Source: Antedon mediterranea (lineage: Eukaryota > Animalia > Echinodermata). Taken from it: DNA of 64,000 bases. Both the position numbers and the translations under genes were made by a program. The stretch covers positions 16,749,045 to 16,813,044 of the forward strand of contig NC_092680.1 of assembly GCF_964355755.1 (NCBI RefSeq), in the 5' to 3' direction. Below the pieces are notes generated by a model. It ran no database searches, had not been told where the DNA came from, and saw only the letters and a program-made list of their open reading frames with translations. The first letter of the stretch is position 1. Every line of letters begins with the position of its first letter. Shown here in pieces: positions 23,457-36,923 of this stretch.

Positions 23457-26400
23457 TCATAACTTATCATGATCGCTTTTTGTTTTTGTATTATCTGGCG
23501 TGCTATACTCATCAGTGTTGTACTCATGTTTCATTTGGCCGTTGTCTTTTGTTTCGTCATCTATCATATCAACTGCAGATTCTGACTTTGGCGTATTTTG
23601 TTGATTGAGGTTACCATAGATTGCTAAACCCTGAAACAAAAAAATCATGAGCTTTTTTAATTTGAGAGTTGGCTCCATAAACGTAACACAGACTTTATCT
23701 CCCTAGCTGCCACTACAAACTGCTCATTCATCTGTCCACAGTGTCAAGGGTTGAGAGTGACCAGGATAACCCCCTAGGCTGAACTGGGCACAAGAGCCTA
23801 CATAAGCGTTCCACCAACCTTTTATTTGGCAGCCTAAAATCGAGCTTCTGGGAACAAACCCTGGCCCAACTACCCAGCTGGATTAACGCAATGAAGCACC
23901 ACCATGGTTGGGACAGAGGTAAGAAAGAACAACCTACAGTAGGTGCCTGGAAATTGCATTGTAATTTATTAGATGGTAAACATTGCACTGAATTCAGCAC
24001 AGGCCGGGTTGCCCCTTTATAACACAAACCAAGTTTGTCACCGCGTCGCGCCACAGTCCACACTTTTTATCCGCACATCAATTGCGTTTGGTATGTTTAC
24101 GATCATCCGAAGATCAAACCACATGACCATGTAACATCTACCACCATTCATCATCTTCACATTTTACTGTTTGTTGTAAGCTGCGTATTGCTAAAATAAA
24201 GGTACTTTCGATGCTGGGGAAACATTGTTGTTTTTGAATTTCTCAAGCCATCGCATTTACTGATTAGTCACTCAACTCAACTAGTACAAATGAATGGCAA
24301 ATCAATACTATTACAATAATGGCATACGATACCTGTGCAACCATACTACTGATGTCTCCAGTGTTTGCTGGTAGTAATACGGTGTTGGTCTCTTTGGCTA
24401 GGTTACCAAACGCACTTACATACTGCTCAGCAACATTCAATGATGCTGCATTTCCACCATGCTATAAAATAAAGATAATATTAACATTTAAACATTGTAG
24501 GGCCATTCATCTTTTTAAAAATCAACACAACTAAACTACAAGACATTCAATTCACCCTTCTTAACCTCAATATTATATTACAATAACAAAATTTTAACAA
24601 CCAATCAGTGGGTTCTATTTAAATTTTAGAATCTTTCCATAAAGTGTGGACTTTGCACAAGATCCAGATCCTATAGTGTACCTACAGTCTTTATCAGAGA
24701 AGACTTGATCCCCAGAACTATGATCGGGGAAGGCCTTGAACCTGCACAAAAAATATTGTGAAAAAAGTGGAAATTGTCTTGGTATCGTATTACAAGAGTA
24801 ACATCCAATCAGGTTGCACACACCATCCTTCAAGGAAAGCGTAGACAATGTCGCCCAGAAAAACTTACCCTGCCACATCTGCAAAATGTAACAACTTGGA
24901 ACAGGTTTGCATAGTGTGAAGACAATTTTGTGGAAAATCGTCAGAGATTTCACCTGTATTGCGATATTCCGATTTCTTACTGTGCCATTACCTGACTAAA
25001 TATTGCCCCCCCTCCCCAGATTTCACAAGGTTCTCGTATTGTATAGATCACAAGACAACCTGACAACCAGAACTTAGATCACAAGACAACCAGAACTTAC
25101 TTCATTTCCAATGGCCTCTGCTACTACTTTAAGACCCTCTGCTCTGGCGTTGGCTTTTGCAATGATAGCATTCGCCTCACCAGTAGCTCTGTTGATCTGT
25201 TCCATTTTGATGGCTTCTGAAGCCAGGATTACAGACCTCTTCTTTCCTTCTGCTACATTGATCTCTGACTCTCTTATTCCTTATGGGGAAAAAAGACATC
25301 TTTTAATGACTAATGTCAACACTTTTAGACTTTGTAATTTTTTTTAAGGAATATATGTTGCAAGTATAAGTTCACCTTCAGATTCCAAAACTCTGGCTCT
25401 TTTTTTCCTCTCTGCCTCTACTTGCATCTGCATAGCTTCTTTCACCTTACTTGGTACATCAATGTCTTTGATCTCATATCTAAGGCAACGAATGCCCCAT
25501 TGCTCTGTAGCTGCTTTATTGATGGCCTCTGCAGAGATAATAAATATTATTACCCAAGTACCCATTGGTTTGTATTGACTCTTAATGATTTGCAGTAATT
25601 TGCATTGATTTACATTGGTTTGTATTGATTTACATTGATCTGAATTGACTCTTATTGATTTGCAGTCATTTGTATTGATCTCCATTGGTTTGTATTGATT
25701 TACATTGATCTGAATTGACTCTTATTGATTTGCAGTCATTTGTATTGATCTCCATTGGTTTTTATTGATTTACATTGATCTGAATTGACTCTTATTGATT
25801 TGCAGTCATTTGTATTGATTTACATTGGTTTGTATTGATTAACATTAGTTTGTATTGACTCTTATTGATTTGCATTGGTTTGTATTGATTTACATTACAT
25901 TGGTTTGTATTGACTCTTATTGATTTGCAGTAATTTGTATTGATTTGCATTGGTTTGTATTGGCTCTTATTGATTTGTAGTAATTTGTATTGATTTGCAT
26001 TTGCTTGTATTGACTCTTATTTCTTTTCAGTAATTTGCATTGATTTACATTGGTTTTTATGGATTTACATTGGTTTGTATTGGCTCTTAATGATTTGTAG
26101 GAATTTGTATTGATTTACATTTGCTTGTATTGACTCTTATTGATTTTCAGTAATTTGTATTGATTTACATTGGTTTGTATTGACTCTTATTGATTTGCAG
26201 TAATTTGTATTGATTTACGTTGATCTGTATTGACTCTTATTGATTTGTAGTAATTTGTATTGATTTACGTTGATCTGTATTGACTCTTATTGATTTGTAG
26301 TAATTTGTATTGATTTACGTTGATCTGTATTGACTCTTATTGATTTGTAGTAATTTGTATTGATTTACGTTGATCTGTATTGACTCTTATTGATTTGTAG

Positions 26401-29061
26401 TAATTTGTATTGATTTACGTTGATCTGTATTGACTCTTATTGATTTGTAGTAATTTGTATTGATTTACGTTGATCTGTATTGACTCTTATTGATTTGCAG
26501 TAATTTGTATTGATTTACGTTGATCTGTATTGACTCTTATTGATTTGCAGTAATTTGTATTGATTTACGTTGATCTGTATTGACTCTTATTGATTTGTAG
26601 TAATTTGTATTGATTTACGTTGATCTGTATTGACTCTTATTGATTTGTAGTAATTTGTATTGATTTACGTTGATCTGTATTGACTCTTATTGATTTGTAG
26701 TAATTTGTATTGATTTACGTTGATCTGTATTGACTCTTATTGATTTGCAGTAATTTGTATTGATTTACGTTGATCTGTATTGACTCTTATTGATTTGCAG
26801 TAATTTGTATTGATTTACGTTGATCTGTATTGACTCTTATTGATTTGTAGTAATTTGTATTGATTTACGTTGATCTGTATTGACTCTTATTGATTTGCAG
26901 TAATTTGTATTGATTTACGTTGATCTGTATTGACTCTTATTGATTTGTAGTAATTTGTATTGATTTACGTTGATCTGTATTGACTCTTATTGATTTGCAG
27001 TAATTTGTATTGATTTACGTTGATCTGTATTGACTCTTATTGATTTGTAGTAATTTGTATTGATTTACGTTGATCTGTATTGACTCTTATTGATTTGCAG
27101 TAATTTGTTTTAATTTGTATTGACTTGTACTGTTAATAACCAAAAATTCTCTAAAAACCTGGAACTATTCAAAATGCATCTGCTTGTCAAATATATCTGG
27201 TTTTGGAGAGACAGTAGATACGTACCTACAATATTGTAATTAAGCGACTCCCTTTCTTTAAATACAGTGTCCAATGGGATCTTTCCGATCTCTGATCTCA
27301 TCGTTGTTTGAGCCAATTGGGTGACGGCATACTCTGGATCTTCTACACCATAACTAGCCTGCATTGAAATTCAAATACAAGATTGGAATATATGTAAAAG
27401 TCCTTTAACGACTCACACAAAAGCTAACTAAGCCACCTTGCCCAAAGATAACAACAAGGTACTGTGCAGTACACTAGAAAAACATCTCAGTGACACATTA
27501 TACATTTTTATTTTATAAGCAACACAATATTCTTATAAACAATAAAATATTTTTAATAATTCTGATATACTGTATGATAATAAAGGAATTAGTATTTGTT
27601 TATATATAAATATATAGGAACCAAAAATGGTACCAATCGATTTATCAATCAATTTAAACGTTGATGTTTTTTGTACATTCTTATATCTAATAACATACTT
27701 ACATTATAAGGATCAATCACTCGTAGATATAGGACACCATCAATATGTATAGTCACATTATCTACAGGTAGTAAAGCAATATATGTCTAATTTTGTGCTA
27801 AATTATATAGAATCAAGTATAAAAAACATATTTGTTGTGATTGAAAATAAATAATAATTAAGAAATTGTTTAGACAATACTATTATTAGTATGACACTAT
27901 CTAATTATCTCAATTTCCTTAACCTCTGTTTACACTATCAACTCAAATGTGGTAGTGATATTACATCATCACGTCATATGGGCACATCACATAAAGTTTG
28001 ATAGTGTAGACATAGCTTTACTGTACCTATTGTTATAGCACTTTGTTCAGGAATTGGAATTGCAATTTCTTTTAGGCTTTGAACATATTTTACTCGATCA
28101 AGCACTGGTATAAGGAAATTAAGGCCCTGTAAAAATTAAAAACACTTTTTAGATCATCAGAGTAAAACAAAAAATTATTTGTACTGTAAGTGACTTGTCA
28201 ATTGTATGACCCACTATATGACCCCTGGGAGGTGGGGGATCATGGATGCGTCATTTACAAATACGGGGTGCGTCAAAAACCTAGATGGTACTGTACGGCA
28301 CATCAATGAATAATGGTGTGTCAGTATCCCTCACTTTACCACCCACCATATCATGAACAACATGGTCACAATGCATCATGGTCACCAAAAAGTAAGTCAC
28401 TTTTTAAACAGGGGTGCTTCATGGTATTCATAAGGTATGAACGGCGCACCTCTCCCAGGGTCGTATAGTGGGTCTTAGTGTTTGGATTTAATTTATCAAT
28501 TTATAAATACTTAGCACACTTTCTTACTGGTTGCAGCACTCTTTGGAAACGTCCCATTCGTTCAACAATCCAGGCTTCCTGTTGTGGGACAAACATTACA
28601 ACAGTATTCATTGGTAGACCAGATGAATGCCTACACTGAACCGTTGCTGTCGACGCTCTTGGCAGAAGCCTCTGTAAAAAAAAAGAGCCAAGCAAGGCTA
28701 AATTAGAATTTTGTAATTGAAAAAAATTAGTATATATTTTAGGCATGGAGCTACTAATTTTATAGCTCCATGTTTTAGGCATACAACAAAACAAAAGTTA
28801 CAGTAATTGAATACGATGACAAAATGTCAAGGAGGGACGAATTGACTATAGCCTAACCAAGCCTGCAAATAGTTGTTTTCCGCGGAGACCTGAATGAATT
28901 TAAATGCATGCCGTTTTAAGCCAGGCCTAGCCAGTTGGTAAGTATGTAGGGAGTATACTATCACATAAATAGCATTTAAGATTGCATTATTGGCTATTTT
29001 CTATAACCATAATTTCAATACAAACCTGGGCTAAACGAATTCCTTGGGCACTCCTTAGCAT
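23457..29061 (-). CDS. STOML2: Stomatin-like protein 2, mitochondrial; 9 coding exons (29026-29061, 28528-28671, 28027-28126, 27703-27761, 27226-27358, 25376-25528, 25101-25279, 24333-24461, 23457-23630)
   Basis: SPFH sequences PMNTVVMFVPQQEAWIVERMGRF, ASYGVEDPEYAVTQLAQTTMRSEIGK, WGIRCLRYEIKDI, MQMQVEAERKKRA; N-terminus resembles a mitochondrial presequence. Confidence 0.96.
25560..27125. repeat. Intronic satellite: 50-bp higher-order unit made of five related 10-mers
   Basis: tgatctgtat-tgactcttat-tgatttgtag-taatttgtat-tgatttacgt repeated nearly perfectly about 26200-27110, more divergent to the left. Confidence 0.95.
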
Positions 29062-29357
29062 TTTGTTAAATATTATATTAAAATATGATGTAATATTCTT
29101 GATCTACTGATTGTTTCTTTCTTAAAACGGCATGAGAGTTTTGATTATTTGCACGTTTACTTCCGTGCGAATAACTTCCATCAAGTAGGAAAATTGTAAT
29201 ATCGAATTTGTTTTATTTATCCGAAGCCGTATAAATAGCCAAAACTACACGAGCAAGTACGCCATCTAGAGGCAAGAGAGTGCTTAACGATCGTAAACAA
29301 AATAAGAAGAAGCTGAAGAAGATTAATTCTTGTCTCTGTTTTAAAATTGTAAATAAA
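29062..29357. promoter_or_regulatory. Compact bidirectional promoter shared by STOML2 and DNAAF4
   Basis: Divergent start codons at 29061 and 29358; ETS-type acttccg near 29160. Confidence 0.75.
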
Positions 29358-32300
29358 ATGCCAATTGCCGTAAAGGATTATGTGTGGGATGAAACTGAAG
29401 TTTCCATTCATATTACAATTCCTTTAAAAGGTGTTAAATCTAGTAAAGCTGACATTTTTTTAACAGATGATTACTTGAAGGTACGGACCTAAAAATCTAA
29501 TTCACTGACTGTTCGAAGAAAGTGAACCTCTCCTCTCTCCGCGGATCGTCCTGCGCTATGGCTAGGCCTAAGCCTAGACTGGATATAACATTTTAAAAAC
29601 TAAATACAGTTCAGGTCATACGTTTCATTGATTTTAGACAGACTTGACAGCGACGCATTTCATTTGTGATCAAATTCAGATGATTGATAAAATAAAAAAC
29701 AGGCCTCATTCATAATAAAAATTTAAAAATGATGAATAGAATAGGCCTAGCTAGGCCTAGGCCTAGCCTAGCTAGAGCCTAACAATTTATGTAAAATATT
29801 GATTTATTCTCTTTGTTGTATTACCACATTTGACCCAAAAAGGGGAAACAATTTTAAATATCAACAAATTACTAATAATAATAATAATATTGTAAATCAC
29901 TAATTGATTATAAATCTTTTCTTTTTTTTAGGTTAACTATCCTCCATACCTGTTTGAAGTCTTGTTATTCAAGCCAGTAGATGACAATAAAGGCACAGCA
30001 CAAATTGGGGAAGGAACCATCGTCTTCAACCTTGTCAAACAACAACCTGGAATATGGACACGGCTTACATCTCTTGAATCTGGTAAAATTGTTTGTTTAG
30101 TAAATTTAATATCTTCAATAATATTTATTGTAAAATATTATATGCTCATTATAAATATCATCTTTTTTACCATATCTTTGCCTCTAGGCTTTGTTCCCAC
30201 TAGTATGTATGACAAATGACAGTTTTATTTACCCATCACTTGTGATTGATCAACTTACATCCTTGCATTGTGTCTTAGTGGAAACTACTACTACTACTAC
30301 TGGTCCGTTAATTTTAAATGTATGCTATACAAATTCTGATTCTTATCTCTATACAATTATAAGTTTTGAATAGTTTTATTTTAATTTCAATTTTGTTTTC
30401 AGGTGATAAAGAGTTGATGAAAAGCAAGCGGCAGCTAGCAGTGGAAGCAGCTCATAAGAAAGCTGAAGAAGAAAAGAAAATGGCAGCCATCAAAAAAAGA
30501 GAGGCTGATAAATATGCTCTTAAAGAGCAAATGAGGGTGGGTATATCTGAACTTTCTGCTATGAGAAGTCTCTCTATTTCCATTGAAATTTATAGCCTGC
30601 CTTGTGGATGTTGAGTATAATTTTACTGTTTTATCATACTAATACGACAGTAAGAGCTCTCCAAACGAGTTTATATCCAATACCAATTAGAACATGAAAC
30701 CACTAGTTAAATAAGGACATATACCATATTTATTTGAATAAACTCAAATAAATGAGAACTGCCAACCACATTTTATTATAACACATTTCTATTTGTATTA
30801 GAATTCTTTGACTTGGATATGATCTACATTGATCAATCATTTTACTATTATACCACAAAAAAAAAAATAAACACCTCCTCAAATAAATGCCTCCCTCGAT
30901 TAAATATAGTATGCGTATCAATAACTGCAGAATATTCTCAGTTTGAATCTTAAGTGAGAAAATTGTTCACTCTTTCAGATTTATCAACCAAATACAACCA
31001 TTAAATATCCCCAAATACATTTTACTCTAATTCGTCCATTGTTTGAAAGAATTATTTGATAACATTTACAAATATTAATACAGCTTGATGAAGAGGAACG
31101 AAAAAGAATTGAAGAAACAAAGGAAGCAGAAAGAAGAAAGGCAACTGAAGAGATTGAACATTGGAAAGAACATGAAGTACAAGAAAGTGTAACAACAGAT
31201 AAACAGAAGGAAGAAAATAATGGGAATATGTTTCATAAAGGTTGGTGTACCACTGCCACAAATCAAATCAAGTATCTTTATTTATCAAAAAATACATATA
31301 ATATACAATATGAATGATATAAACAATTAATAATACTTTACACCATTTAACTCAAAAATTCCAGAAATATTTTATTTCAACAATAATTTAAGAGGGTGGT
31401 CCATCCAGCCAAAGCTGATCATTGGGGACCCTAATTTGGTAAACAATTAATAATACTTGACACCATTTAACACAGAAATTGCAGAAATTTTTCTGTTTCT
31501 GCAGAATGTTTTATTTCAACAGTAATTTAAGACGGTGGTCCATCCAGCCAAAGCTGATCATTAGGGATCCTCACAAAAATACAATTTGACTTTAACATAC
31601 CAACAAATAAAAATTTAAAATTAATAGAATTTATATAAAAAAATAATAATTCTAATTAAAAGGAAAATCAATTGAAACAATAATTAAATAATAGAATAGA
31701 GGGCATGGATGAGGCTCTTGCCGCAGTCAACTGTGCAGCATCAAATTAATTGTTTTCTGGTATTGGCATCTAATTGTTTTTAACGTCGACTTTGCCAGTA
31801 AAAAACTAATTACTATTATGCTTTGGTGACGTTCATTTTGCATATTATTGTTGTTATTATTTGGTAAAGAATTACAAAAACATAATGTCTACCAATAATC
31901 ATAAATGCTTTTACAGATGGGACAGTTGCTATAGCAGCGCCAAGGCAGGGTGGTAACATTCAGGTGACCTTCACACCTCGGGTGTTTCCCACGCCTATGA
32001 GAGAATCTAAGCAGGCTGATGAAGATGCTGTAAGTCTTTTCTGTTAAAAAATTTAAAATTTGGAGAAGTTCATATTATATTTCAATGTTATATGGAAGGC
32101 CCAAACATACTCCTGTTCATGTTGTGAATGCAATGATAATCATTTGTTTTTTTTTAATAGTTTTTTTTCTCAAATACCATTATCTTGCGGTTATCATGAC
32201 ACTGTCTGCACCGTCTTTATCTCAAACCCTCTTTTCTAGACTTTCCCCAAGTCTATAGTTATTGTCCTTTTTTTGTGTTTAGGATTACAGTCCGTATTTT

Positions 32301-34537
32301 GATTTTGGTCTGTTTCAGCTGGAAGTATTATACATATATGTCAAAATATTTATCGTTACTTTTACCAATTTTAAGTCAAATCACCTCTTCTACCGGTTTA
32401 CTTTTTTTTCAAAAGAGTTTTGTACATATGAAACGCCATGTATGCCAAAATGTGTATATTTTACCTTTAAGTTGAATCTCTGTCTATAACCCACTGTAGA
32501 CTACCTTTTTACTTTTTCTTCAAAACAGTGGCTTAAAAAGCAAGCAGAAGCTAGACGCATTGCTGACTGTGAAGATTCAGATTTAAGTGCAGAGGAGAAG
32601 AATCCTCAGTGGTTGAAGGACAAAGGAGAGTAAGTAGAAAAAAGACAATGTTTGTAAACAGAAATTTATGTATAGATTATTAATATGAAAAAGTTTAGAG
32701 CAAATGTTTAGAGAAAATAAAATGATGTAAAGAGATGAAGAGACAAGAAAAATAGAAAATTTGAAAATAGCTGGAGTAAATATCAAAATGTTTTTTTCTA
32801 CTGAATTGTAGATGTTTACATCATGGAAAATTTAAAAGCAAATTAAAACAATGGAAATGCTATTAATTGTTTGTTTTATTTCCAGTTCTTTGGTAATTTT
32901 TTTTTAATGTATCTTTTTGGTGCAATAGTTACTGGTTTGAGATATTGCATCTTAACTGTAATCTTTTAATCTATTAACTATGCATGAAAACATGTATTTC
33001 AAAGACCTCAATAGGTATTTTATAAATCTCCTGGTGTGGTGATTATAATGAACCACTCTCTTTAATTGCTTTTGGACTCCTACATAATAAAGAGTAATAA
33101 TCTTTCATCTTCAGGAATGGATAGTTAATTATAAAATGAAAATTGCTTTAATTTCATTATTTTTTATTTTCAGTGGGTTCTTCACATCTGGTAACTATCT
33201 TGCTGCCGTTAATGCATACAACTTAGCCATTCGTTTGGATAGCAAATTACCATCGTATCCTTACTGTCTTGTAAAATAATAGTAGTATTTGGTATTTTAA
33301 AGCAGAAGCAAATCATTTGTGGCTTTACATAAATGAGCATACAATAACTAAATTTAATATCGAGGCAAATTTCAAAAATATAATACTTGGCACTGGAAAT
33401 ACATATGTAGATCATGTGTTTGCAATTGGTTTGCTAAGCATATACAAAGCTAATGTATTAAAACAACTAAATAAATGGAAATATGCCTCACTTCATCATC
33501 TCTTTATAAATGAAAAAAATATAAGAATATACATATTATCAATGCTATAAACAACAATTATGTATAAAAATAATGAAACGTATTACTTACCTGAAAAATT
33601 GTATAAATAAAAAAATCAATGTTCTTTTTGAAACAATATTTATAAGGTATAATATTATAAAGTTTCTTTAATGTATGTGCAATATTTATATACAGTACTA
33701 TCAAAAAGATTGTTTGTGTGCTGTCTTATATTAACAACCTCTTCTATGATATTATTTTATTATATTATATAATAATGAATTGTGTATATACATTAATGAA
33801 TGAATAAAGATGGGAGAGACCCATAAAAGAAAAAAAAAAAGTAGACTGAACTAGGGTGATGATGTAGTAATTATGGCGCCATTGGTGTATCTTGAATTAT
33901 ATTCTTTACCTAATAATTTTAGTATATTCTCAAATCGAGCAGCTTGTCATCTTAAGTTGAGGAACTTTATGAAATGTATTGAAGACAGTTCAAAGGTAAA
34001 ATCACTCATCACTAAAGATTATATTGATATACTATAAAACAAAATATAATATAGTAATAATCATAGTAAACACAATTCAGGGATGTGAATTGGCTGCCAC
34101 TATGAGAAAAAAAGGATATATTGGTATATAAATTGGCCTCTATGCATTTCATTTAACTTTCTTTTATTTAGGCTCTTGAGCTATTAACACCGCCAGTTTT
34201 AGCCAATGAAACAGCTAGAGCTAGGTCACATGCTCGAAGAGGAACATCATTCTGTGAACTGGAATTATATATTGAAGGTTAGTTACAGTTTTGTATATAA
34301 AAAACTGGTCTATGAATGGCTACTGGCCTATCATTGTCTTCCTTCGAATTATTGTCATTCCTGGTGATGATCTAATAAGAATCGGAACATTAATTCATTT
34401 CTCATATCTTCTTCTTAAGTATTGAAATTAATTTTACAGGTTTACAAGATTATGAAGCAGCTTTAAAGATAAATCCAAACAATAGACAGTTGGAAGAAGA
34501 TGCTGAGAAGATTCGGACGATTATTCAAGGAAGCTGA
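29358..34537 (+). CDS. DNAAF4: Dynein axonemal assembly factor 4 (DYX1C1): CS/p23 domain, coiled coil, TPRs; 10 coding exons (about 29358-29480, 29932-30082, 30403-30536, 31084-31240, 31916-32029, 32529-32628, 33174-33254, 33923-33994, 34172-34277, 34439-34537)
   Basis: [14 protein letters not shown]...PLKGV...[71 protein letters not shown]. Confidence 0.95.
33255..33922 (+). other. U12-type (minor spliceosome) GT-AG intron in DNAAF4
   Basis: 5' splice site GTATCCTT; branch-like ttctttacc at 33902-33910, about 12 nt before the AG; no polypyrimidine tract; reading frame joins correctly. Confidence 0.85.
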
Positions 34538-34774
34538 TGCTAAGCGGTATTAGGTGGCCCAATATTGGCTAATCAGGGATCAGGATAATTGATGGTTTAC
34601 AGGCGTACAAGGATCCTTCGAATGTCTGCCTTACCATCTTCAGATGGAATGTTTTGCGCCTACTATGGTCGTCACAGATAATGAAGAGGGAGCTTGTGTA
34701 ACGGTACACATACACAGTACACATCTAACAAGGGCATCAGAAAAATAACAATAAAGGTCTCTCTCTCTCTCTGT

Positions 34775-35436
34775 CTTGAGCGAGTTGTTGAGTGGTGTCT
34801 TGAGAGAGGTCTTTAGTGGTGTCTTGAGAGAGGTCTTGAGTGGTGTCTTGAGAGAGTTCTTGAGTGGTGTCTTGAGAGAGTTCTTGAGTGGTGTCTTGAT
34901 CGAGTTCTTGAGTGGTGTCTTGAGTGGTGTCTTGAGAGAGGTCTTGAGTGGTGTTTTGAGAGAGGTCTTGAGTGGTGTCTTGAGAGAGGTCTTGAGTGGT
35001 GTCTTGAGAGAGGTCTTGAGTGGTGTCTTGAGAGAGTTCTTGAGTGGTGTCTTGATCGAGTTCTTGAGTGGTGTCTTGAGAGAGGTCTTGAGTGGTGTCT
35101 TGAGAGAGGTCTTGAGTGGTGTCCTGAGAGAGGTCTTGAGTGGTGTCTTGAGAGAGGTCTTGAGTGGTGTCTTGAGAGAGGTCTTGAGTGGTGTCTTGAG
35201 AGAGGTCTTAAGTGGTGTCTTGAGAGAGGTCTTGAGTGGTGTCTTGAGAGAGGTCTTGAGTGGTGTCTTGAGAGAGGTCTTGAGTGGTGTCTTGAGTGGT
35301 GTCTTGAGAGAGGTCTTGAGTGGTGTCTTGAGAGAGGTCTTGAGTGGTGTCTTGAGAGAGGTCTTGAGTGGTGTCTTGAGAGAGGTCTTGAGTGGTGTCT
35401 TGAGAGAGGTCTTGAGTGGTGTCTTGAGAGAGGTCA
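34775..35436. repeat. 24-bp minisatellite (gtcttgagagag-gtcttgagtggt)
   Basis: Visible tandem array of two alternating related 12-mers, preceded by (ct)n. Confidence 0.95.
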
Positions 35437-36923
35437 GATTTTTAAAAAACGTTTGAAATCTTTCATGTATAAGAAACTAAACTTGAATGGTTATACGTTA
35501 AAATAATATTACCGTATTCGAATATGAATATAAAGGAATCTCGACTTTAAGGCAGCACTTTCCAGCACTCATCTGATTTAAGTAGTGATTTTGAGGTTAG
35601 GTCGACGACCTACTCTTTGAGTTGAAACTTAATTGCAACATCTTAACTCCTACTCCTCACACTCTCATATTGTTTTGTTTGTTCTATTCAGTCAGTCATT
35701 CGTAAGTCAATTAAATCCATTGGGGTATTTTAACTGTCAACAACATACGGTTGTTAGCGTGTATCATTAATATACATGATAATAATATTAATTTATATAC
35801 ATGTAACATTGCAACATAGGCCCTACTTAATTAAATTGTAAATAGATTAAATAACACAATTGAATAAATAATTGATTGATCATACAGTAGTTATTATTGA
35901 TAATCTATCATTAACTGAGTACATTTTCTGGAATTTATTTTTTTGAGAGCGACAAAACATTTGTTGTGTGTGGTAAATTTCTAAAACAACTTAATCCATT
36001 TTCTTAAATGACTGTAATTATCTGTAATTGTCTTATTATTTACAATAATTAATATATTAAGTATTTTATATATTTACATTAAGGCAATTAAATATTTTTC
36101 ACCAAATTATAATGTTTTTTTTTTCCTCGATAATAATATGTATTCAGTCACCAATTAACAAAAATAACCAGGTGTGAGAATAGGCTAAAGCCACTCCATA
36201 TCTGTATTGCAACAGGAACATGCAAACAAAATAATTTTAGTAATCATTTTTAATATTACTGATAGGATTTCGACCACATAAAAGATAACATTACAATCTA
36301 TTTTTATTCATTTACTTTCTGGTGAAAGTGATGGCTGACATTGTTTCACATACAGTAGACTTACCATACCTACGTTGAATCGGTTTTACTTTTCCAACTT
36401 TGGCGAGTTCTCTGATCACTCGATTTGTTCTCCGTACATTCAATCTTTATCGTTTAAAATGTTAGGTATGATTGTGATAACATTACAAATAAAATGATCT
36501 TTCTTATTCAACATAAAATGAGTCGGATTATGTGGGCCACACAAACAGCAAGCATTAAAATATACAGTACAATGAACTTGGTTAGGGTGGAGCAAAAATG
36601 GATAGAGCCAAAATGGTCAAAAACATAATTATATACAATTTAAAAGAGAATTGAGGCTAAAAAGTTGCATTAAAACTGGTCTCAATTTAAAGACAACTAC
36701 TACCAACAGCGGATGGTCAACTCCCTGCTAGCAAGTAGAGTGGCTTCTTGGAAGGTTGTAGGCCTAGTTGATCGAGCAAATACTGCAATACCATATAAAT
36801 GTATGTTTCAAAAAATTAAATACACTGCAGGTCTGATTACCAAAGAAAGAAAACTATACGTAATAACACATTAAATTAACCCCTTCTTGCTTTCTCTAAT
36901 GTCCCATTCAGCACTTTTTACCA

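Noticed and set aside
34358-34392. Possible Penelope-type hammerhead ribozyme (cctggtgatgatc...atcggaac)
   Set aside because: Both core boxes deviate from CUGANGA and GAAA, and I could not build the stems
34776-35456. 226-aa ORF of LSGVLREV repeats
   Set aside because: Open frame produced by a stop-free 24-bp repeat; no ATG start or splice support
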